A stretch of 64,000 nucleotides of DNA from Lepidodermella squamata. Taxonomy: Eukaryota; Animalia; Gastrotricha. How positions within the stretch are numbered: the first letter of the stretch is position 1; the number at the start of each line of letters is the position of its first letter. The position numbers and the translations under genes are program-made. Below, piece after piece: positions 13,355 to 26,605 of the stretch. Where the stretch lies: NCBI GenBank assembly GCA_047495785.1, contig JBLDXI010000055.1, positions 124,001-188,000 of the forward strand, read 5' to 3'. Under the pieces are notes generated by a model that did not search any database, was not told where the DNA came from, and saw only the letters and a list, made by a program, of their open reading frames with translations.

Positions 13355-13766
13355 TCACTTTTTACTGCTGCTAGATTCTTCTGATTTCTTACTGCTTCGA
13401 TCGTCTGGTCTCGGTCGTTTCGATGAATCAAGCCGTTTGCGTTGATCAAACAAAACGGAATTGAGCTGATTACGTAAAAATCGACTATTTGGCTTGCCAA
13501 TCTTGGGCTTTAACCAACCTTAACAGAGGAAAAATAAGAGGACAGTAAGATAACAGAGGTTTGAACAGACCTGTTGCACCACTTGAGCTAGCTCGGTCTG
13601 AGGCTCGTTTAGTTTCTCTCAACAATGCTTCAACAGCGGCAGCTTCGATATCTTTACTTGCTGCACTGTTCGAACTCGTTAACTTTTCCCTCTCTTCCTT
13701 TGAAGACCGTTTTTCGTTTGTATCCTCCTTTTTCTTTGGTGATTCAGGTGAACTACTTTGTTGCAT
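13355..13766 (-). CDS. Small protein homologous to POLR1D isoform 2 (not the Pol I/III subunit); 2 exons (intron 13519-13570)
   Basis: The spliced product IEAAAVEALLRETKRASDRASSSGATGWLKPKIGKPNSRFLRNQL resembles recalled human isoform 2 (AIEELLKEAKRGKTRAETMGPMGWMK...TNKRFLINTI). Confidence 0.65.
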
Positions 13767-14030
13767 AAACCCTACGAAGAAGCAGAAAAAAAATAAAACT
13801 GCTGGTTTTTTTAATACGTGGTCCAATCAGTTGTTAACAAATAAAATTTCGTCATTGGGCCAAAACAGTAAATGAGATACAATTGCACAAATATATTATG
13901 GCTCTGATCTACAATACCAATGCAAGTAAAACAATCGGCATATCGTGCTGATATAAAATGGTTAATAACAACCCTGGCAAGATTAATAGCAAGTTAAATA
14001 TAAAATTCGAAAGGAATCGCAAAAAGAGCT

Positions 14031-16941
14031 CTAAAGATAAAAAAGCTTGTCCATTAAATTAGCATGCGGCTCGGTTTTCAAAACCTGTCCAACCATTGCG
14101 GCAAGTCTGTCGGCGTACACAACTGGAGCTGGCGATCGAACTGTCGACGGGTTGTTGTAATACTAAAAGGCCAAAATTAGGCATGATGAAATATAAACAG
14201 AAACAAGTTATTACCATGTGGGTCAGTTTCCAAGTCAAACGTTGCAGCTGGGTGCCAGAATAATTCATTGAATTTTCGATGACAACATAATGTGTTGGTG
14301 TTATTGTGCCTTGTTTCACAGTTTGGGAAGCCAGGTAAAAATCCGTGTGGTATCGATGACCGATTACTTGATCAACAGCTAATCCAGGAGGCGGATTTTC
14401 ATGGCCCCCTGAATTGCGACTGGCCAGCAGTCGAACTCCGATTCGTTTCACGCAAATCACAAAGCCGATTTTCGGGTCATATCCGTCCTGAATTCCGCGG
14501 ACACATTCACGAAGCTGAACCAGCTCAAACTCTTTAGACACTCGAAACTGACTTGATGATAGGCCATCGCGATAAACCATGATTTTAGCGGGTAACACAC
14601 CGTTGGTTTGACGATAAGCCGTCAGCAGTTTTGCCATAGCCAACGTAATTCCATGAGCAGCTTCTTCGCCCGGCTTTTGAGGGCAGGCGACGTTGTAATA
14701 ACGCGTCGATTCGTCGTTCAAAGATCCGACGATTGCAACCCAAGATGGATTTTTACGACCCGGGTCGTGGTAAACATCCAATCCCACGTACATCACTCCT
14801 TCAGAGGGCATTCTCACGCCCCATAGTTGACCGCCCATTTTCGCCTGCATTTGCAGAAAAATGCGGTGGCAAACTGAACTGATCTTTCTTTCGTTTCTCA
14901 GCGTATTACTAATAATGACCTGAGAAGGAACTCCAAATGCATTGCATTCCTTTTTTGCCGCGATGTAGTGATCGTCGGAACGGGAGCCTAAAACGATGAC
15001 CAACATCGATTTCTTCGGATTCATATTGCAAACGGATCGAATTGCTTGAACAACGTCCGTCGCTCGATTTGACGCGACTCTGATTTCTTGAGGCTCGCCG
15101 TACTCTAACTTTAGGTAAGTACCGGTCGAGCGAATTTTGCCGATGAATTCTCGAGCCTCTCTTTGAGCGTTAGGGGAATAGATAACAGCCCAGTTCGAAA
15201 CCGAGACCGGTTGCAAAGGTCGTGCTCTCCTGATCACCTCGGAAAAATCTCCAGGCCGGTAATCTTCACTTTCGATTTTCTCACCCGTGAAGATTGGTTC
15301 TGGCTTGTAAAGAAAGCCATCCACCTTAACAAGCTCCGTGGAAAAACTCAGATGCCAGTTGGACAATATCTCGCGACATTTTGGGTTGTTTCTGACGGCT
15401 AGAACAAAATTCTGAATTTCAGCCACGCGTTTGACTAATAAAAATAAAAATATCATTCATATAAAATCGAAAATATATATTCATCCAACTCACTAGGGGT
15501 CGGTCGGGTGTACTCTCCAACATTTCTCATCAGTGTATAATCAGCGCGCTGACTTTCGGATAAACCAGTCATATGACATAACTCGGGAATAAGCATAACA
15601 GTTTTCGGCTTGACAATCCCTGCAGCAGTTTTCACACTGTTCCACTTCTTTCCCTTCACGTTGCTTACCAAAAGAGGTTGATGGAAATCGTTGATCTGCA
15701 ATCCAAGGCTGCGATAGTAATCAACAAAGGAGATCGACGAACCATCACTACGCTCAAATGTGGACATAGGATTCAAATCCCACGCAATATCCTCCACTTT
15801 GTAAACTTTGCTGTTGTATCTTGTTGAGACGACCATATTGAGCACTGCTCGGAGCATTTCATCTTTCTTGTTGAGAGTTCTTGAATCTTTCTGAATCCGA
15901 TGAAACAAGTCCCAAACAGTATCAGACCGCAATACGTGACTGCATACATCCAACTCAACAATCAGAGATCCATCTTGAGCGCGTTTGCACGACGTCGCCA
16001 ACCCCGGCCAAACTTCCAGCTGCTCAGCTTTTAAATCATTCCGGGCTAAAGGGTTATAGTAATGGCTATCTCGGCCCACTTTGACCCATCCTAGGGCGTC
16101 CATAAGCCCTTTAATGATTCGATTGAAGAAAAATGGCATGTTACCGATGCCAATTACGTTGGTAAAACGAACAGAAACAGCAACAGGTACTCCAGAGCAT
16201 GGGTTCATAACCCGAATGCACTTTGCATCGGCTTTGTGAGGCAAAATCAAGACATGGCCTCCGTCAAAATCGAATATTTTTCCAATGGCATCAGCAACAG
16301 TTGGAAGCCGCATGATTTGTTTCCGAAGGAAGAATGTCTCGACTACGTTATAAAAGTCACGAAAGTTTATCAGTCATTTATAGATGCTAAAAAACTAACG
16401 CTCTGGCTCAAAAATAACATGGTGCTGGTATAGTCCACCATCAGGAAGGTCGCATTTCACCCGAAGATAATTCAGCTCAGTAGCGAATAAATCATTATTC
16501 TTGGTCTTGGATGCAAACTTTTTGCTGACAGCTTTGTCTTCACTTTCATCAGCTTTGATCTGCAGCACAGATTATGTCATTTGATGAAAAGTTCAATTGA
16601 TCACAAAAATACCTTGATATCCGGCACGATAGCGGTAGACGCCTTATTTGGAGAGGCCTTTGAAATTTCTGTAAGCGGAGCCCTAGAAACTGACGGATTA
16701 GAGATATCTCCGATTGATCCAACGGGATCTAATGTTTGAGAATTCTGAGCGTCTGACCTGACATCATAATTATCACTGCTGAGAAAATTGCACCTCCCCA
16801 GATTCAAGTCGAACTTACGTTCTCATTCGGGAAAGGCGTTCAACCAATAGAGCAGCGCGGCCGCGAGCCTATAAAAAACTCATTAAAGGAAAAAAAGACA
16901 GGAAAAGCACAAACTCTAGGGGCCGGTGCCGATTCACTCAT
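14031..16941 (-). CDS. piwi: PIWI-clade Argonaute; multi-exon
   Basis: N-terminal RARGRA motif; PAZ (TRYNSKVYKVEDIAWDLNP..ISFVDYY..LIPELCHMTGL); MID (YIAAKK, PSQVI, QMQAKMGG); PIWI (GLDVYHD, YRDG, GTITPTHY); C-terminal KLFYL*. Confidence 0.93.
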
Positions 16942-17774
16942 GATTAGGTGCACAGGCTATGCGTTTATCAGGGCCACCAAAGAATAACGAGGGCCCTTTG
17001 GCTGCAAGAAGACTACTGTAAGACGACCGCAGCTACATGTCGGGCCGCGAAAACTTCAAAAAATTCCATTTTACATGCAGAAAAATATCAATCAACCTTA
17101 CTCTGAAAAGCTAATAAACATTTTTAACTGGTGATTTTTGTTTCAGTATTGAATTTTGTGTAAACTTGACCTTGACGGATTTTTTGGCGCGCGCCGATGA
17201 GCATTGCTGAGATACGGCGCGCGCGATGGAAGCCCGGCATTAGTAGCTGGGTTCTATTTCAGTGAACTGCGCATTGCGCCTTGCGCCCGTCATTAGAGCC
17301 AAAGAATTCGCCTCACTATCCTAAAGCCTTAATAGCCTCTTCTTGAGGTTAGTGGTGAATTGCGAAATTGGGAGCCTAAAATTTTGCGATTTTGCATTTC
17401 GCTTAGTAAACTTTGCTCCCAAAAACTCTTTACTTCTTTAATTGCCCTACTTTCCTGTCCGGTAACGTTTGTTCTTTGTTCTTTGACATTTCTGCTCAAA
17501 TGTGAGCATGACAGCTGACAGCTGCGTTTATTCAGCTGGTTGCTCAGTACGCTTTTTTAAAGGTCGCACGATTACTTTCGGAATGTTAACCCGTTTTCAT
17601 CTTACAACTTACACAACAGTTTTTGTGAAATCTGTGTAATTATGTGTATTTATGCGTTGAATTTTCTCAAGAGAGTCTTGTATCCCATTGGAATTTACTA
17701 TTCATCATTCATTCCGAATCGTTCCGAAGACGGGAGACGAGCTATTTTGGTTTTCCAACCGCAATAATCCATTA

Positions 17775-18161
17775 GAGTAAGGTTACATAATCTGCATAAA
17801 AAATTTCCAATTTTTCAAACGCTTGTCATTTCATAACCGGGCTCATATTTTGACCATGAACCATAAACAGTCAGAACCCATTCCAGTAAGCTCACAAAAT
17901 CTCATGAGCCAATTTCTCAGAAGTGAAGCTATTATGCAGATTTACAGCACCCTCGAGCGATTTTAAATTTTTCCCTTTTTTGACTTTTAGCAACGATTGC
18001 TCCCTAACGGTGAGGAATTGGCTCATGAGATTTTGTGAGCTTACTGGAATGGATTCTGACTGTTTATGGTCAAAATATGAGCCTGGAGAACCTCATGGCT
18101 ATGAAATGACAAGCGTTTGAAATAAGTGGAATTTTTTATGCAGATTTAGGTAACCTTACTC
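17775..18161. mobile_element. Non-autonomous DNA transposon (MITE), about 390 bp, with about 140-bp imperfect terminal inverted repeats and flanking TA
   Basis: Left end TA|GAGTAAGGTTAC..ATCTGCATAAAAAA..CAAACGCTTGTCATTTCATA..CCATTCCAGTAAGCTCACAAAATCTCATGAGCCAATT is mirrored at the right end, which finishes GTAACCTTACTC|TA. Confidence 0.85.
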
Positions 18162-18666
18162 TATATCTCATTAGCTTCATCCCTATCGCGAGAATTTATC
18201 GCGGAAGAAATCAGACCCAAACGCCTAAATCGAGGCGTTAGCACTGAGTGTTACTTTCTCAACTGCCAATCCTGTGCGTCTTTTAGTACTGCATTACTTT
18301 GCAAACTGTGACAGTGTCGTCACCAAGAAGTGAACAGGCGTGCAGGACGAGTTGCGGGGAGGCTATTCCTAGATCCTTAATCCTAGGCCTTATTGCTTCA
18401 ATTATCGCCCTTAGCAATGAACCACAGTCGTAAAAGCTTGTTGACAGAAGTACCGTCAATCCCCAACAATACTGTCACTGCCAGGCATAATGAGGGATTG
18501 TGTTAACCTGCATAAATCAGAGAATTTAAGTATCTGCTGCCACAATTTGCAGGGTACCTTATATGGAATGTCAGCGTGCATGCGGAAATATCATTAAATC
18601 ATTGAACTTCTAGATATATATTATATATATATGTTATAGATATTTTATTTATAAATTTAAGACAGC

Positions 18667-19716
18667 ATGATGGATATTATGGATATTAGGACGAAAATTC
18701 CTTACTATATCGGCCTCGCATACTTGAGTGTGACCACATTGCGATTTCTCTTCAGGTTGTTGAAGAATTTCAGGGGACATTTCTTCAAATCATCGATTGA
18801 TTTGAAGTCACTAGGAAGTTGGGCTGTGATCACAGGCGCTACTGATGGCATAGGAAAAGTAGTTGTATGATTATTTTAATCCTTTGAGTTATTCAATTTA
18901 TCTACAGGCTTATGCTGAAGAGCTTGCCAGACTTGGGATCGATATATTTTTAATAAGCCGGTCCGAGGACAAGCTGAAGCAGGTTGCTTCAGAGATCGAG
19001 ACGAAATATGGAGTTCGAGTTAAATGGCTCGCGGCTGATTTTACTTCCCCTAATATTTATAACAGAATTACCGAGGAACTGCGGGACATTGAAATCGGGA
19101 TCTTGGTCAATAATGTTGGGATGGGCTATGATCATCCCGAATATTTCCAGCAATTACCGCCAGATTTTATCGTGAAAATCCTTAACGTTAACGTGCTTTC
19201 TGTCTCAATGATGAGCCGTACGTCGCTTTAATAAGAAATGCGAATTGTGAATAAGTAGCGTATTCTCTTGCAGGAATAGTTATTCCTATCATGGCGAACA
19301 GAAGGAAAGGTCTGATCATCAACATATCATCCGGCTCGAGCGTCATTCCTGCCCCTCTCCTCAACATTTACGCTGCAACGAAGGCCTTCGTCAACACGCT
19401 GTCCGAAGCACTTGCTATTGAGTGCAAAAGCAAGGGTATTATCGTTCAAAATGTCATTCCATTCTTTGTGGCTACTAAATTGTCGAAAATTCGATCAACG
19501 TCTTTCTTCATTCCATCTCCGTCCCACTACGTCCGGGAAACCCTTCGTACAGTTGGTCATTTGGATGCGACTCATGGTGTTATTGCACACGAGCTGAAGG
19601 GATTTATTCTATCCATTTTGCCGCGCTCCCTGGCTGCCCGCGTTGTGATGTATCTGATGGCTAGCGTTCGCTCCAAGAATTTAAGGAAAAAGGAACTTGC
19701 GGCCAAAAAAGATTAA
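18667..19716 (+). CDS. HSD17B12: Very-long-chain 3-oxoacyl-CoA reductase-like SDR (HSD17B12/KAR family); 3 exons
   Basis: WAVITGATDGIGK|AYAEELA, ILVNNVG, catalytic YAATK, PFFVATKLSKIR, and an N-terminal TM. Confidence 0.88.
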
Positions 19717-20017
19717 TTGAAAAAGCTACCATTTATAACGGTGGTAATTGACTCGCCTTATTAACTCTTTTGAAACGCTACTTCGAAAGCTTTCATGTTA
19801 ATATTTGCCAATATTCAAATGATATATGCCATCACTGCCGTGTTTCATGTTTCATATGCAAGCTTTCTCTATTTCAACGAATATTACGTTCACTACTTCC
19901 GTTCGGTTCTCGAATCTTGAATCTTTTTGAATAGTATGGCTTTTGGATCGGGTAAAGGGTTGATTCTATGCTAATTTTCTCTAGGTCTTTCTAATTTCTG
20001 AATTTTAAGTTGCAAGT

Positions 20018-20650
20018 ATGGCTCTTAAGGCTGTTTGCGCTCTGCGTGGCGATGGTGCCGTTAAAGGTGTCGTTTATTTCACTCAAGAGGTTAGTCATTT
20101 GAGGATTAGTGTTACCAATATTAATTCGAGTTATATTTTATACAGAAACCCGACGGACCGACCAAGCTCATTGGCGAAATCAGCGGTCTTGCCCCTGGCA
20201 AGCACGGCTTCCACGTGCACGAGTTCGGAGACAACACTCAAGGATGCACTTCGGCCGGTGCCCACTACAATCCTCATGGCAAGACCCACGCCGGTCCCAA
20301 TGATGAAAACCGGTAAATAGGCGCATATTTATTTGTGTTGTTTTTAGTTGATCAATTTTTAGCCACGTCGGCGATCTTGGCAATGTAGAAGCTAACGATA
20401 AGGGTATTGCTACTATCGATATCACCGACAATTTGATCACCCTCAATGGACCACTCTCAGTCATTGGCCGCACCATGGTGGTAAGTGGTACTAAGGAATT
20501 GATTCTGGCCAAAAATAATTTGTTAATCTTCTGCAGATTCACGAGAAGGAAGATGATTTGGGTCGCGGCGGTAACGAGGAATCGCTGAAGACCGGAAACG
20601 CCGGCCCCAGGGCTGCTTGCGGTGTCATTGGTATCGCTAAATCTGGTTGA
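20018..20650 (+). CDS. SOD1: Cu/Zn superoxide dismutase; 4 exons
   Basis: [32 protein letters not shown] and [34 protein letters not shown]; all metal ligands present. Confidence 0.96.
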
Positions 20651-21716
20651 AAAGCTGCCGACTGCCACACACCAAAGCCTGAACAGAAAACTTGAATGAC
20701 GTTGGCTTAATCGTTATGTCATAATATTTACGTTGGCGCATGATTTTTAGAAAAATTATTGTTTATCAGTTGTGATTCATCAGTGATTGTAGCTTCTTGG
20801 TGATTCCTTCACCTAAAATGTAGCTTACTCCGCTAATTAACGGTACTCAAACGTGATTGCACTTAGTGAAACGATCATTTTTCGGTGAATTTTAAACCGT
20901 TAGTAAGCACAATAAAATATTCTATATGATGCAGTTGATTGATATTTTATTTTCATCTGACCTCAGTTTTTGCTGCGGCGAGACGGTAAGAGGCGCGGTT
21001 CGATTATCAGGAAAGAGTGTACATGCGCGTTATTGATGAGCGCGCTATCTGCGCAATCGCTGCTGATATCGGCTACGAATTTCGACCTGATCTGAGATTG
21101 CGAAAAGTGGGTCAGATTTTAAAAAAAATTGAGGGGCAAAGTAATAAACATCGAGCTTTTATTCGATTTTCACCAATTTATGTACGAAACAGCTATTTTT
21201 TATACAAATGGCGGCCGTATTGCCACGAATAAGGAACTCAAATGACGCAAATACAGATTTAATAAACTTTAAAATTCCATCTGGTAAAATTGCACATTTA
21301 TCGCGGAAGAGCGTCGTGTATACAGTATTTGAGTAGTAATCCGAACTAATAAATAGGCGAAATATGATGACACAAGCGGTATATCAGGTAGAAAGGAAAT
21401 ATTTTACTTATAAGTATTTAATTATTGAGATATCTTTTTGGCGCTTAAAAGGTCAAATATTATCGTATACAAGGTTTTATCTCTACAAAATTTTGGATTC
21501 GTAATTCATTTGAGCTTGACAAGTCGAACTGCACATTGGTCCACTAGATCAACTCGATCGTGTACGCACGGTAATACCGGAAGAAAACCGCATAGCTAGG
21601 CGTTAAATTTACTAGACAAGGCGAAGACGCGAAGTAATATAGAATGCTACGAGTCGGCAGGGTAAAAAAGTTCACAAAATTATTTTGCGGTGATAAAGAT
21701 TAAACATCATATGATT

Positions 21717-24700
21717 TCAGTAGCGGTAAAAACATTCGAATAGACGCGGTATTTGATAGCAGATGAACCGAGAAGGAAGAGTCGACTGCGAAGACAGCTC
21801 ATCACAACTCTGAAAATTCTAAAAATTATTAAAAAAGGATAGTAAATCTTTCCAAAGTCACAACTCACCCCAGTACGCCCTGAACTCGTCTTCGAAAGCG
21901 GAGTTTTCTTTTTCAGCTGTAATAAGGAAAAGCGTGTAGGAAATTGTTCAAAATGGAAATGAATAATATTACCTCTACCGTAGGCGATTACTGTGGGCAG
22001 GCCTTTACCCCGTTGCTCCGTCGCGCCAACAGTCAGGTAAAAGAAGGCTTTAATCTCGGTTTGAATGCCATTTTCGTTGATTTTCTTCGCCACATAGTCG
22101 TAAAGATAGAAGCCGCCGACATTCGACGTGTTCGAAATAATGGGAATGCCACCATCGACATTTACATCACTGTAATGGATACCTGAGAAGACAAACAATT
22201 AAAAGAGGCCCAACTTAATATCTTTTTTTTCAACAAACCGATGAAATCTGCCGGCTTTGCTTGGATCTGCGCCGAATACGGCACGTCGTAGACTACGCGG
22301 CCCTTGTCTAACAGACGCACCTTGTTGCTACCCACCAGCGCGTACTGATTGGTACCAACTTCGCGCCAAACGTCGAAAAATACCGACTGTCCGGTATCGA
22401 CTAAGCTAAAGAACTGAAAAATAGGTAAAGTTAATAACGACCGATGACGAATGACAAATAGACGAACCTCCCAACGCTTGATCCACATTTCGCAGCCGAA
22501 AATGAGATTTGTGAACAAATAAAGCGACGAGTCGAGCTGTGACCTAACGGCCTGCGCGTCTGAAATATTCGCCGTAGTACCAGCCAAACAGTCGTACATT
22601 GTCGACGAATCGACAACAGCCGTCACAGCCGCTAACCGCTTATCATTGCCACCGTCTTTGCCCCGCACGACAGGATTCTTCGCCAAATCAGTTTGGCCAA
22701 CTTTGACGTAGAATGTGTTGTACAACAACTTCGGATCGACTAGATCAACTGGCTTGTTGAGCGTCGCGAATGGAATGACGACAGCGCTTTCCGGTGTTTC
22801 GTCAACATTTTGATAGTGAATGCCGACCATGTAGCCCTGTTTTACCGGAATTTGATCAGCCTCATCGAGGTTGTAGATATTTTCGCCAACAAGCGGAGGA
22901 ACGATTCGGGTGGCTTTGATAAGCCGGAATGCGCCACCCTGTGGGCCATCAATTTTATCCCAAACCCCGAGGTAGACTGGTACGTTATTCCTCAGAGCGT
23001 AGTAGCGCCACGCCAACAACCTACCGGCGCATCGAAATTGCATATCGGTGAATACATTCAAGAAAGAAGACCGCACAGGCCATGATAGCGCGGAAGATGG
23101 GTTGATTAGCGGGGCAGCGTTGCAATTCACTGAATTTCAAAATATTCCTTAATTATGAGTTTTTAATATTTTGAATTAGACTCACGTTTGCAAACTGGCG
23201 GCTTAGACCAATGGGCAGTGTCGAGGCAAGTGATCGTGTCGGTTCCCGATAGAAAGTAGCCTGATTCGCACTGGTACTGCCACATCGCGCCTTGCCGAGT
23301 GTTGTTTACATTGGCGGAGCCGAAAGCTGGCGTTTTAATTGCATTAGCCATTCTTGGCGCTGGGCCGCAATCGACTATCCTCAAACCGGCTGGAAATAAA
23401 AGAATTTCAATTTAATTCCAGAAGAAATGGAACGAGGAAATTAAAATGAAGGGAAAACTTACTTGTCACTATTGCTCGAATTGCAGGAATTCGCCATTGA
23501 GGAATAGGATCGTTCTGAAACTCGATAATGCCATTAGGCATCGCCATGAGCTGCTGATTCGTGTATGGGTAAGTGTAACCGTCAAACAAATCATCGGTCG
23601 TATAAGGTCCAATATCGACATGGTCATAGTAAGAAAACACCATTTGCTGCTCATAGTTCGTCAGTGAATCGTAGGCAAATCCGACGACAAAGTCTTTGTA
23701 AACAGGTATCTGCTGGCCATCGGGGACTTCGTACGTCTGCTTACCAGCTTTGTTGATCGAAATCACGTTGTAACCCGTCATTCGGTACTTTTTAGGGCCA
23801 AGCGGTTCCCAGACACTAAGGAAAACGCGAATAGGCAGCTTTGTTCTGGAATAAAATTCCCAAGAGCTGATAACACCTTCACAGGTGAATTTCATCGATG
23901 TGAATAAATTAAAGAGGCTAGTAGCGAATGGTGGCTTTTCAGGCCGGACAGGATAGCCCGCTTCACAAATCGTTTTTGGAAGACAGGCGGGTGGTAGAGG
24001 CCACGAACCACTAGTGCAACGAGTAGCTGTTGATTGGTCAGGTGCCGACATGTAACGAGGGGCGCAAACGTAAAATGCAACTCCCGACTGAACCGTGTAA
24101 TTGCCGAAGAGAGTCGGAGGAGGAGGCGAGTCACATCCAGTCAGCTCTATGAAAGAGCAAGTTATTAAGCACGCCTCAATTCAAATGATTATGGAAACAT
24201 ACTTCGCGCGAAGGCTACTAAGGCAGGGAGACGGGTTTCTGCAGCATCATCCGACGTAAACGAGACATAGAAATTTCGCGAAATTTCATCACTGAGCTCC
24301 TTGTGGTTGGAAATCTTAAAAGAAAACGAGAAATGTTACGCTACTTCTATGTTTTCCCTCAAAATTAATACTTTTTGCAAGAAGCCCGGTGAAACGTCGG
24401 AAGAAACTGCTGGAAGACTCTCACGGTCCGAATACTTGAACAGTGGCACGACACCATCGCCAATATTCGTGTAGTAGTGGATTCCGATAAAATCTCCAGC
24501 TCGCACTTTGATGCGCTCCTCGGGTGGGACATCTACAACGTTCTGAGGTAAAAAGGGCATTTTCAAAATATTTCAGGTGTTTCAGATCAATTGAGCGAAC
24601 CTTTCCAACACGCCGCGCGACAACCTTATTGCTTCCAACTAGTTCGTACATATTAACGAGGACTTTACGCCAAACGTCAAAGTAGACAACGGTGGCGTCA

Positions 24701-26605
24701 TCCAAGCGGGAAAAATATTCCCACTGTCCGATTTCACCGTCACATTCGAACTTCATCGATGGGAATGCTACAAGCCGTTTATCTGGACTATTGTCTGGAT
24801 TATCAACAGCACTTGTCCCAGCTTGGCAGTCACGTACGATTTCTAAAGAAATTAGTTTTAAAATGGAATGGCTCTAATGTTGGTTACCAAAACTCACGTG
24901 TACAAAGTGGGGGCAGTGACCAAACAGCATTTTCCTTGCACGTAATTTTTGGATCGCCTATCATCGCGAAACTTGGAAAGCATGTGTAGGTGACCTTCGA
25001 CCCAATAAAGCTTGCACCCTGATAATCGTTAATTGCAAACTGAACGCTGGGAGGGGGACCACAGGAACTTGCAGCCATTCGACGGCATTCAGGAGGATCG
25101 GGAGACCAAACGCCAGTCACGTCACAAGTTATCGATGAATTTCCTACCAACAAATAGCCAGCTCGGCATAGGTAAACTCGCGAGGCCCCCGTTTCAAGGC
25201 CTTCGCCGATCATATCGGCGTTGGCAATAATCGGCGGTGGTTTGCAATCAATTGAATCAGGCATTCCTGGAATTACAGCGGTTATAATGATATGCAGTTC
25301 GATTTCATGCGGAAATTTCTTACGTTTGACGTAGGCGCGAATATTCAACATTCGTTTTTGCCGCACAGAAGAGAATTGCACCTCATTTATTTGCTCCATA
25401 GCCTTCTGAATTTGATTTCTTTAAGCCGAAAAATATAAATTATTGCTTCAAGTTTCAGGGAAAATCACTCACCTGTACAAGGGCAACACGTAGCAGTTGA
25501 AATAATTCGTCTTGTTTGTGTCTCCCGGGCCTGGAGTTTTGTAAGGAATAACTCCGTTTTGATCTGGTCTCTCGTAGTAAACACCCACAACATCGCCCCG
25601 AGAAGCCTTGATTTGATCTTCAAGTGGTACCGTTGCAGTATTTAGGCCCTTCTGAGTTGCCAGCAATTTGTTGCTCCCCACCAAAACGTATCGATTATCA
25701 CCGATTTTTCTCCACACTCCGAGATAAAATACTGAATTATCAGCTACGTATGAGTAATAATCCCATCGAATGATATTCCCTGAGCACATGAACATCTGAT
25801 CGCTGCAAATAGTTGATGCTGTGTCCGGTTTCGGCCAGTCTTGATCTACTGGACCATCGCCGGGCGAGGCACAGTCGTAATTTGATGGGCCTATTCAAAA
25901 TCGAAAGGAATTTTGCATTTTTCTAGCATTCATTTCATCGAAAACTTACTAATTTTTGCAACGAGATCGTAAATACGCTTAACAACTATTACTTCGGACT
26001 TTAAGAAGCCTGCTGTTTTCATTTGCTCTTCAATTTGAGCACGAGACGCGGGAAAACTGAGGCAGTCGAAGAAATCAGTAATCGGCACTGTGACTAAATC
26101 TTGAGGAAGGCCGAACGGAACAACCCCGCCGCCTTTCAAGTTTTCATAATAAACTCCGATAAAATCACCAGCCTGGACCTCGATTTGGTCGCTGGCTGGT
26201 ACGTCGTACATAACCCGGCCGATTTGCGTCGCCTTGATCGTGTTATTCCCGATCAGCACAAATTTGTTAGGTGACATTTGCCGCCAAACGCTGAAGTACA
26301 CGATAGTACCATCGTCGAGAGCCGAGTAATATACCCATCGAACGAGCCGGCCGCCACATTCGAACTGGGCTGTTACACATACGTTAGCCCAGTTGCCTAT
26401 CCTTGTATGCCGATAATCCGCCAATGTTCGCCCAGCGTCACAACGCGTACCCGTGTTCGGTTGATCCGCGGCATTGATAAAAGCGACTAAATTCGTAATT
26501 TTTCGAAATTTTTCAAGCTAATCAGTCATTTGAGAAACACTTACCGAAACGAATTAGCAGTACTAGTAGCTCTAAACCACCGATTCCAAGAGTTAATCTC
26601 TTCAT
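21717..26605 (-). CDS. Large secreted mosaic protein: 6 copies of an unrecognised ~150-aa domain plus 4 Sushi/CCP domains
   Basis: Signal peptide MKRLTLGIGGLELLVLLIRFVAFINA; CCP motifs (C.PPP..Y.C..GY.L.G...ITC...G.WS..P.C); repeated F.C.G...W.YY..V...VWR...LVG.N..VP...QI...GD.IG; no TM found. Confidence 0.75.

Noticed and set aside
17075-17105. Possible extra MITE end (ATGCAGA...AACCTTACTCT)
   Set aside because: The match to the TIR is too short and has no partner end.
20648-20695. Stop-codon readthrough of SOD1 giving a peroxisomal signal
   Set aside because: The context TGA-AAA is not a readthrough motif, and the extension ends EQKT, which is not PTS1.
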